A DNA stretch of 32,000 nucleotides from Planctomycetales bacterium (GCA_022646745.1 CP060262.1:2400001-2432000); one strand, 5' to 3'. Shown: positions 8,233 through 14,262, numbered from the stretch's first letter. A program made the numbers and translations. Notes: a model not told the origin generated them from the letters alone.

Positions 8233-8252
8233 ATCAATTGGAGAGGAATACT

Positions 8253-9305
8253 ATGAGCAGAGAAAAGATCAAGATTCTGGAAATGGTGCAGGAAGGCCGG
8301 CTGACCCCCGAGGAGGGGCTGAGGCTGATCGAGGCCCTGCATGACTCCGAGAACCGTGGCGGCAGCCGCAGCACCGGCTCTGCCGGGGCCGCGAAGTTCG
8401 ACATCCCGAACATCAAGCTGCCGAAGATTGACTTGAAGGACATCGGCGAGGTGGCGGTTGAATTCCAGAACACCCTCGTTGACACCTTCAAGCGCACCCA
8501 GCGCCAGTACAAGCGCTCCAAGGCCTCGCGCTACACCGAGCTCAAGGACTTCCCCGTCAAGGTGGAGGTGCCGGAGGCCATCAAGCGCTGCAACCTGACG
8601 CTCGACATCCGCGCCGGCCGCGTGAAGGTCAAGGCCGGTGAGAGTGGCGGCCCGCTGATCCAGGGCAAGGTCAAGCGCACGCCGACCGAGCCGGTGATCA
8701 TCAGCGACGTGAAGGGTGGCAAGGCCGACGTGACGCTCAAGCACAGCATCGGGCGCAGCGGTCTGAAGCTCAACCCGGACATGGCCTATGTCGCCAGCCT
8801 GCACAATGCGGCCGCCGATGCGCACTTTGACCTGAGTGAACTCGACATCAAGGACCTCGAGATTGACAACCAGGCCGGCAACATGGTGGTGCAGCTCGGC
8901 TCCCGCGAGGACCGCGTGGAGATGGACGTGCGCAACAACGCCGGCAGCATCACGCTGCACATCCCGGAGGATTACGCCCTGCGCCTTGAGGCGACCGGCA
9001 GCCTGTCCAAGCTCAACCTGGAGAAGTACGGGCTGGAGCTGGTGGATGGCCTCGCCGAGAGCAGCGACTGGGATGACAACCCGCGTGGTGTAAGTGTGCA
9101 CCTCAGCCAGAACGTGGCGGCCTTCCTGATCGAGTGGAAGCGCCGCGACGGGATCGACCTCAAGGCCAACGGCCACCGCACGGAGGCAGAGGCTGACCTC
9201 GGCCCGGCTGCGGACCTTGACGACCTCGACGACGAACTCGATGAGCTGGATGATCTCGAGGACTTCGAGGATGAGGACGAGATCCTGGCTGACGACGACA
9301 TCTAG
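8253..9305 (+). CDS. SHOCT-like N-terminal helix + DUF4097/toastrack beta-rich protein with polyacidic tail (YvlB-like)
   Basis: GGAGAGGA lies 5 nt upstream of ATG 8253. The N-terminus MSREKIKILEMVQEGRLTPEEGLRLIEAL is the motif seen at the start of YvlB/DUF4097 proteins. The body is beta-rich and repetitive. The tail is DLDDLDDELDELDDLEDFEDEDEILADDDI. The ORF-track start 8106 overlaps the previous ORF and was trimmed. Confidence 0.8.
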   Translation: MSREKIKILEMVQEGRLTPEEGLRLIEALHDSENRGGSRSTGSAGAAKFDIPNIKLPKIDLKDIGEVAVEFQNTLVDTFKRTQRQYKRSKASRYTELKDFPVKVEVPEAIKRCNLTLDIRAGRVKVKAGESGGPLIQGKVKRTPTEPVIISDVKGGKADVTLKHSIGRSGLKLNPDMAYVASLHNAAADAHFDLSELDIKDLEIDNQAGNMVVQLGSREDRVEMDVRNNAGSITLHIPEDYALRLEATGSLSKLNLEKYGLELVDGLAESSDWDDNPRGVSVHLSQNVAAFLIEWKRRDGIDLKANGHRTEAEADLGPAADLDDLDDELDELDDLEDFEDEDEILADDDI

Positions 9306-9351
9306 ATGACAACGGGCCGGATGTACATCCTCCGGCTCAGTGTGTGTGTCT

Positions 9352-9388
9352 GCGATGGGCTGCCTGCCGCGGCCCATCGCCTTTTTTC
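9352..9388 (+). terminator. Rho-independent terminator of the DUF2089-toastrack operon
   Basis: Stem gcgatgggc (9352-9360) pairs with gcccatcgc (9372-9380), followed by cttttttc. Confidence 0.8.
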
Positions 9389-9389
9389 T

Positions 9390-9488
9390 GGGGGATGGGG
9401 AATGCGGTATGCGGGATGAGGTTTGTCATCTTGCTTCGAGCTGTCCCGGTACAAGTGCCCATCCCACATCCCTCATACCTCATCCCAC
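9390..9488 (+). repeat. Heptamer-armed inverted-repeat element, type B
   Basis: The 5' arm ggggatggggaatgcggtatgcgggatgagg is about four heptamers GGNATGN. The core tttgtcatcTTGCTTCGagctgtcccggtacaagtg follows. The 3' arm cccatcccacatccctcatacctcatcccac is the same heptamers in reverse complement. Confidence 0.7.
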
Positions 9489-9517
9489 AAAAAAGGCGCC
9501 GGGCTGAATCGGCGCCT
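9489..9517 (-). terminator. Minus-oriented rho-independent terminator with no minus-strand gene upstream (orphan)
   Basis: Stem aggcgccg (9494-9501) pairs with cggcgcct (9510-9517). A6 lies on the plus strand at 9489-9494, so U6 follows the hairpin only on the minus strand. Confidence 0.55.
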
Positions 9518-9667
9518 CTTACAAAGCTGTCAACTCGTACTCCCTTTTCGGTTTCTGAAGACTGCTAATGTGAACTGGTACATAGAGAGACCACAGCTGC
9601 TGCGAAATTGTTCTAGGAAAAAGGGGAACTGTTTCGCGTCTTTTTGGGGGGAACACTTTCAGGGCAA

Positions 9668-9704
9668 AGAAAAAAAGTGAACCCCGATGCGTCGCGGGGT
9701 TCAC
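9668..9704 (-). terminator. Second minus-oriented rho-independent terminator (orphan)
   Basis: A 10-bp stem gtgaaccccg (9677-9686) pairs with cggggttcac (9695-9704). It is preceded on the plus strand by aaagaaaaaaa, so a long U tract follows on the minus strand. All annotated genes from 9875 to 12428 are on the plus strand. Confidence 0.65.
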
Positions 9705-9874
9705 CAGGTCAGGAGTTGCTGTGTCTTGAAAACTTATCGTTTCGAACTGGTAATGATCCAGACGTCCTACTGCCCCGGCTGTTCGGAAAACCGTGGGAAT
9801 TTTCCTCGGCGCTGTAACCGATCAGGCAGCCACAGCCACATCAGTCCATGAGGAACCTATTCCTAGGAGCAGAT

Positions 9875-10705
9875 ATGCGACGACTGAAAATGGCATTACT
9901 TGTAATGGCGGGACTGCTGGCTGCGGCTGCAGCGGCAATGGCACAGGGCAGTGACGCTCATCCAGCACGGCACTTCGGGCATGGAGACGGAGCGGCGGGG
10001 AAGCTTGACATGGAAAAGCTGCACGAGCTGTTGATGAGCGACAGTGGTTTCCACTTCTTCGGCCGCTTGGACAGCCTGTCAGAAGGGAGCTTCAGCTTCA
10101 GCCCCTACAAGCCGGATTTCGCACCGGACTGGATCAAGCGCGATCTTCCCGGCAGCACCCAGGTGATGTTCGATGGGGATACGCGCTTCATGGACATTGA
10201 TGGCCCGGCGGACAGCTCAATCCTTTCGGAAGGTAAGAGCTACGCGGTGCTTGGTCGCAGGCAGGATGGGGGAGTGCTGGCAATCCTGGTCGGTGACGAA
10301 GACCACGTTCGTGACCACCTGCAGCGGATGCAGCAGCATGCGGGCCTGCACATGGCGCACGGGCATCCCTACATCGGCAAGCTGACGCAGTCCGGAGACG
10401 GTAGCCTGGGGATCGTGACCTATGTCCCTGCCGAACTTGAGCAGCTGCGTGAGGAACATGGCCTGCAGCAAATGATGAGTGAGGGCCAGGCAATGAGTTT
10501 CATCGTGGACGGCGAGACCGGGTTTGGCCTTCCCGGTGAGGATGTTGACGGCAGCTCCTTCTCCGTTGGAGATGTCGTGGTCGTGTTCCCGGCCGCTGAT
10601 GATGAAGGGCGTGCGGTACAGGTGCTTGGCTACGAAGCAGCGCGTGAGCACCTGCACCGGATGCTGCAGATGCACCTGAAGGAGCTTGAGCAGCACTCCA
10701 ACTGA
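9875..10705 (+). CDS. Secreted protein with internally duplicated domain and His-rich helices
   Basis: AGGAG (9865-9869) lies 5 nt upstream of ATG 9875. Signal peptide MRRLKMALLVMAGLLAAAAAAMA|QG. Two similar halves end in DHVRDHLQRMQQHAGLHMAHGH and AAREHLHRMLQMHLKELEQH. No family recognised. Confidence 0.75.
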   Translation: MRRLKMALLVMAGLLAAAAAAMAQGSDAHPARHFGHGDGAAGKLDMEKLHELLMSDSGFHFFGRLDSLSEGSFSFSPYKPDFAPDWIKRDLPGSTQVMFDGDTRFMDIDGPADSSILSEGKSYAVLGRRQDGGVLAILVGDEDHVRDHLQRMQQHAGLHMAHGHPYIGKLTQSGDGSLGIVTYVPAELEQLREEHGLQQMMSEGQAMSFIVDGETGFGLPGEDVDGSSFSVGDVVVVFPAADDEGRAVQVLGYEAAREHLHRMLQMHLKELEQHSN

Positions 10706-10720
10706 TGGTTCTGCTAGACT

Positions 10721-10747
10721 GGATCCGGAGGGCAATCCTCCGGGTCC
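10721..10747 (+). promoter_or_regulatory. Intercistronic stem-loop between the His-rich protein gene and the ECF sigma gene
   Basis: ggatccggagg (10721-10731) pairs with cctccgggtcc (10737-10747): 11 bp including one G-U, loop gcaat. No clear U tract follows. Confidence 0.35.
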
Positions 10748-10759
10748 GGATTGATTTCC

Positions 10760-11389
10760 ATGCAACACAGCCTCACGCCAAGCATGATCCTGGACAGCCT
10801 CGCGCTGGATGGCTGGTTGCGCGCCGGAACATCTGCAGAGTCCGATGCTGCCCTCCTGCAGCAACAGGACGAGCATGACCTGGCGGAGATCCGCAATGGC
10901 AACCATGATGCGTATTCACGCATCATCGGCAGGCACCAGGCGCACATTGCCAGGATGATGTGGCGCTTCTGCCGTGAGCACGGCAGGCATGAGGAACTGG
11001 TGCAGGATGTGTTCGTCGAGGGCTGGAACAGCCTGCCGGGCTACCGGGGGAAATCGCCGCTGCGGCACTGGCTGTCTCGGATTGCCACCCGGCGCGGATA
11101 TGCCTTCTGGCGTGAATCAGACAGGCAGCGCATGCGTCATGCTGGTGCGGTGGATTTGCAGTGCCTGGTTGCCAGGGATGGCAAGGAGGCCGAAAGTGAA
11201 CAGTTGCATGCGTTGCTGATGCAGTTACCACGGGCAGACAGGCTGGTACTTGTACTGCGCTACATCGAAGGCTACAGCGTCAGTGAGACTTCTGGCCTGA
11301 CGGGCTGGAACAGTGCAGTGGTCAAGGTGCGCAGCCAGCGGGCCAGGGCGAAACTGGCAAAGCTGGTTTCGCAGCAGGAATGGCAATGA
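10760..11389 (+). CDS. ECF-type RNA polymerase sigma factor
   Basis: Region 2: DAYSRIIGRHQAHIARMMWRF..HEELVQDVFVEGWNSL..F..WLSRIATR. Region 4: LPRADRLVLVLRYIEGYSVSETSGLTGWNSAVVKVRSQRARAKL. The start is ATG 10760 or TTG 10751, and neither has an obvious SD. Confidence 0.85.
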   Translation: MQHSLTPSMILDSLALDGWLRAGTSAESDAALLQQQDEHDLAEIRNGNHDAYSRIIGRHQAHIARMMWRFCREHGRHEELVQDVFVEGWNSLPGYRGKSPLRHWLSRIATRRGYAFWRESDRQRMRHAGAVDLQCLVARDGKEAESEQLHALLMQLPRADRLVLVLRYIEGYSVSETSGLTGWNSAVVKVRSQRARAKLAKLVSQQEWQ

Positions 11390-11631
11390 AGAAGGACATG
11401 GACAGCATGCTTGCCAGGGCAGGTGCCGAACAGGCACCGCAGCCTGATGTGCGCGCGGCGGTGATGGCAAGGATCAACACAGGTCAGCAGACAGGAAGCG
11501 ATCGCATCTGGCAACTGGCCGGAGTGCTATCCCTGTGTATCGGGCTCGGTAGCATGCTGCTGGCGATCCCGCTCTTGAATGGGTTTGGCAGTCCGCTGGC
11601 TGAACTGGCAATGGTGGCACTGGGACGATGA
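11380..11631 (+). CDS. Small membrane protein, putative anti-sigma factor
   Basis: It overlaps the sigma gene stop (ATG 11386 forms an ATGA overlap with TGA 11387-11389; ATG 11380 is also possible). It has a short cytoplasmic N-terminus and then a hydrophobic segment WQLAGVLSLCIGLGSMLLAIPLL. Position immediately 3' of an ECF sigma gene supports the call. Confidence 0.6.
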   Translation: MAMKKDMDSMLARAGAEQAPQPDVRAAVMARINTGQQTGSDRIWQLAGVLSLCIGLGSMLLAIPLLNGFGSPLAELAMVALGR

Positions 11632-12101
11632 GTGAATCCACTGACAGCAGTGCAGGGCAGGGCCGGTCAAACGGATGGAAACACCTGCTCGTGGTACTGG
11701 CAATCTTCGTCGGAGGATTTGCCTGCGGCTTTGCGGTCTCGCTCTACGTGCTGCACCGTGGCATCCAGCGCGTGGTGTTCGAGCAGGACATACCGGACAG
11801 CGGACGGATCACCACGGCGCTGGATAGCATGCTGGAACTGAGCGACGAGCAGGAACTGAAGATCCACAACATCCTCGACGAGGAGTTCTCGGTGCTCAGG
11901 GTGCAGCGCAAGGCCAGCATGGAACGGATGCTGGAACTGCACGGCCAGATCATTGACAGGATCTCCCAGGAGCTTGATATGGAGCAGCGTGAGAAGCTGC
12001 ACAGGCACCTGACACATATTGAGCAGCTGGTGGATCCAGAGGGCAAGCACCTCGACCACATGCAGCAGATGCATGATCACATGCACGGCGAGGGGCACTA
12101 G
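11628..12101 (+). CDS. Membrane-anchored Spy/CpxP/CnrX-like (LTXXQ-type) periplasmic protein with His-rich C-terminus
   Basis: ATGA overlap with the previous gene. TM anchor HLLVVLAIFVGGFACGFAVSLYVL. Helical body with LELSDEQELKI and LDMEQREKL (LxxxQ motifs). Tail HLDHMQQMHDHMHGEGH. Confidence 0.7.
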   Translation: MSESTDSSAGQGRSNGWKHLLVVLAIFVGGFACGFAVSLYVLHRGIQRVVFEQDIPDSGRITTALDSMLELSDEQELKIHNILDEEFSVLRVQRKASMERMLELHGQIIDRISQELDMEQREKLHRHLTHIEQLVDPEGKHLDHMQQMHDHMHGEGH

Positions 12102-12174
12102 GAGGCCTGGCGCAAGCCGGACATGGAGGCCAAGCTGTAAGCTTGGCAATTGCCAGGCAAACTGCCTGGCCTCC
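12101..12174 (+). repeat. REP/BIME-like cluster (three GGAGG-hairpin units)
   Basis: Unit a: GGAGGcctggcGCAAgccgg (12101-12120). Unit b: GGAGGccaagctgtaagcttgg (12125-12146). Unit c, inverted: gccaggcaaactgcctggCCTCC (12152-12174). The composite 12125-12174 recurs at 26902-26951. Confidence 0.7.
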
Positions 12175-12263
12175 ATTCGGGGGTCGAGCGCCAGCTAAGC
12201 GCGAAGCGCGGGCATTCAGCCCGCCGGACTGTGATCGGTCAGTCAACGGAGAGACGTGAAGAA

Positions 12264-12428
12264 ATGAATGGAATCAATCCTGAAGCAAGGGCAATGTTCC
12301 TGGCAGCGGTCATTTCACTGCTTTGTCTTGGTTTGGCGTTCTGGTACTCGCAAATCAAGGCTCCCGAACGCGAAAGCATTATTGAGGCTCAACATCGAGT
12401 GCGAAACAGCTTTGTATTTGTAGACTGA
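12264..12428 (+). CDS. Small membrane protein (54 aa), hypothetical
   Basis: ATG 12264 with GGAGAG ~10 nt upstream. One TM segment: AMFLAAVISLLCLGLAFWY. It lies in a lower-GC segment. The upstream part of the ORF-track ORF (12150..) runs through REP units and was trimmed. Confidence 0.45.
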   Translation: MNGINPEARAMFLAAVISLLCLGLAFWYSQIKAPERESIIEAQHRVRNSFVFVD

Positions 12429-12495
12429 TTGTCAATATAGGGAAGCCGCTGCCAAGGGCGGGGTAGCGGTGGCGCCTCGCGGCGTAGCGGGTTTG

Positions 12496-12801
12496 TCACT
12501 GGATTATCCCGACAATGTTGTAAGGTCCCTTGAAGAAGAAAAACATGAGCAGTATGCAGAATATGGCAAGTTGGCAGGTGGTTGCCAATGTTTCCTTCTG
12601 CATATCCTTGAGGAACACGAGCACTATCAGCTTCACTGCAAGCAGGAGACTAATCAGTGCTGAGCAGAGAAACGCTGGCCACATCGTTGCAAACGCATCA
12701 TTGACAAGCATGGGATAGTCTGAGTTTGCGAGCATGGATCGGCTGAAGAACAGTAACATCGCTGTTGTCAGAACAAGAAACACAGAGACCGCTTTAAGCA
12801 A
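12496..12801 (-). CDS. Hypothetical polytopic small membrane protein (101 aa)
   Basis: Three hydrophobic segments: VSVFLVLTTAMLLFF, WPAFLCSALISLLLAVKLIVLVFL and LAIFCILLMFFFF. It starts with TTG, and an internal ATG is possible. It lies in a lower-GC segment. No family recognised. Confidence 0.4.
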   Translation of the reverse strand: MLKAVSVFLVLTTAMLLFFSRSMLANSDYPMLVNDAFATMWPAFLCSALISLLLAVKLIVLVFLKDMQKETLATTCQLAIFCILLMFFFFKGPYNIVGIIQ

Positions 12802-12816
12802 CTTCGACCTCCCAAT

Positions 12817-12912
12817 GCCAAGCTTGCGCTTGACGCCCGTCGCCTGACTTGCGTCAGGCCTCCGTTGCCAGACTTACGTCTGGCCTCCGAGCCCGGCTTG
12901 CGCCGGACCTCC
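12817..12912 (-). repeat. Tandem array of four REP-like hairpin units
   Basis: The plus strand reads gccaagcttgcgcttgac, gcctgacttgcgtcaggCCTCC, gccagacttacgtctggCCTCC, gcccggcttgcgccggaCCTCC. Read on the minus strand each is GGAGG + stem + GCAA/GTAA loop. The last unit overlaps the TAG stop (12912-12914) of the RmlA-like gene. Confidence 0.75.
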
Positions 12913-13634
12913 TATTCCCCGACCAGCCTGTTCGCCTGTGCGAGGCTCTCAAATGTGCCGGCATCCGTCCACCAGCCTGACAGCACGCTGTAGCTCACCA
13001 TCCCCTGTTCCACGTAGTGCTGGTTGACATCACTGATCTCCAGCTCGCCGCGTCCACTGGGCCTGAGCGTCGAGATCACGTCGAACACGCCGTTGTCATA
13101 CATGTAGACGCCGATCACTGCCAGGTTGCTCTCGGGCTCCTTTGGCTTCTCAACGATCCTGGTGATCCTGTCACCTTCCACGGTGGCAACACCGAAGCGC
13201 TGCGGATCGTCCACTGGCTTCAGCATCAGGCGCGTGCTGCCCGCCGGGGCCTCGCTGAAATCTCGCACGGCATCCGTGATCGGGTCCTCGAAGATGTTGT
13301 CACCGAGGATCACGCACATCCGGTCACTGCCCACGAAGTTGCGCGCCAGGCCGAGCGCCTGGGCGATGCCGCCGGCTTCATCCTGCACCTTGTAGGTGAA
13401 GCGGCAACCGTAGTCCTTGCCGCTGCCCAAGAGGCCGACCACCGCACCCATGTGCTCGGTGCCGGTCACGATCAGGATGTCCTGCACGCCGGCCTCGATC
13501 AGCTTCTCGATCGGGTGGAAGATCATCGGCTTGCGCCCGACCGGCAGCAGGTGCTTGTTGGTCACGCGTGTGAGCGGGAACAGGCGGCTGCCCGTGCCGC
13601 CGGCGAGGACGATGCCCTTGACTGTATGCGCCAT
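12912..13634 (-). CDS. Sugar-phosphate nucleotidyltransferase, short RmlA-like (glucose-1-phosphate thymidylyltransferase family)
   Basis: N-terminus KGIVLAGGTGSRLFPLTRVTNKHLLPVGRKPMIFHPIEKLIEAGVQDILIVTG, then ..GGIAQALGLARNFVG..VILGDNIF. These are the classic NTP_transferase signatures. Length 240 aa. Confidence 0.85.
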   Translation of the reverse strand: MAHTVKGIVLAGGTGSRLFPLTRVTNKHLLPVGRKPMIFHPIEKLIEAGVQDILIVTGTEHMGAVVGLLGSGKDYGCRFTYKVQDEAGGIAQALGLARNFVGSDRMCVILGDNIFEDPITDAVRDFSEAPAGSTRLMLKPVDDPQRFGVATVEGDRITRIVEKPKEPESNLAVIGVYMYDNGVFDVISTLRPSGRGELEISDVNQHYVEQGMVSYSVLSGWWTDAGTFESLAQANRLVGE

Positions 13635-13674
13635 TGCTCAATCTTACATCGAAGCAAGCGCTAGAATCCCCCGG

Positions 13675-14262
13675 ATGCAGCTGATCCTCGCCTCACAGTC
13701 ACCGCGCCGCCGTGCCCTGCTGGACAGCATCGGCGTCACTTACACCGTGGAAACCGGCCCGGAGCTCGATGAGGACGCCGTGCTGGCTGATGAAAGCATT
13801 GGGGACTACTCTGCGCGCATGATTGAGCTGGCACGCCGCAAGGGCCAGCCGATCAGCCAGTCCAATCCCGACAGTCTGGTGCTCAGTGCGGACACCATGG
13901 TGCTGCTGGACGAGCATCGCCTGGGCAAGCCGCTGGACCATGCCGATGCCCTGCGGATGCTGTCCCTGCTGTGTGGCAATGTGCACTACGTTGCGACCGC
14001 GGCTGTTCTGCAACGCGCATCCGATGGCCTGCTGCTGAGCGGTATCGAACGCACCGAGGTGGAATTCCGCCCGCTGCCGGAGGATGCCCGCCGGCGGTAC
14101 CTCGAACGGGCCCAGCCCTGGGACAAGGCCGGGGCCTACGCCATCCAGGACCTCGGCAGCCTGCTGGTGGAGAGAATCAGCGGGGACTATCCCAACATCG
14201 TCGGCCTGCCGCTTGTCATGACTGCGCAAATGCTGGAAAAAGCTGGCATGCAGGTCCTCTGA
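13675..14262 (+). CDS. maf: Maf-like nucleoside triphosphate pyrophosphatase
   Basis: MQLILASQSPRRRALLDSIG..SADTMVLLD..LGKP.D...A..ML..L.G..H.V.T..VL...RTEVEFRPL......Y.....PWDKAGAYAIQ..G..LVERISGDYPNIVGLPL. The ORF-track start 13417 overlaps the divergent gene, so I trimmed to ATG 13675. Confidence 0.9.
   Translation: MQLILASQSPRRRALLDSIGVTYTVETGPELDEDAVLADESIGDYSARMIELARRKGQPISQSNPDSLVLSADTMVLLDEHRLGKPLDHADALRMLSLLCGNVHYVATAAVLQRASDGLLLSGIERTEVEFRPLPEDARRRYLERAQPWDKAGAYAIQDLGSLLVERISGDYPNIVGLPLVMTAQMLEKAGMQVL

Noticed and set aside
8205-9377. 390-aa minus-strand ORF antisense to the toastrack gene
   Set aside because: It has the same shadow-ORF character (Val/Leu/Ala/Gly/Arg-rich low-complexity translation). 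It runs through the plus-strand terminator. The plus-strand product has the SHOCT/DUF4097 pattern and a proper SD.
9701-9713. ACCAGGTCAGG resembling the conserved 5' side of SRP (4.5S) RNA helix 8
   Set aside because: No GGAA tetraloop or matching 3'-side motif follows. The surrounding sequence does not fold into the SRP hairpin. The string is part of, or adjacent to, the minus-oriented terminator stem.
12429-12495. Possible bidirectional terminator between the convergent small membrane ORFs
   Set aside because: Only a ~5-bp stem (ccgct..ggcgg) with no U tract could be found. That is not enough to call.
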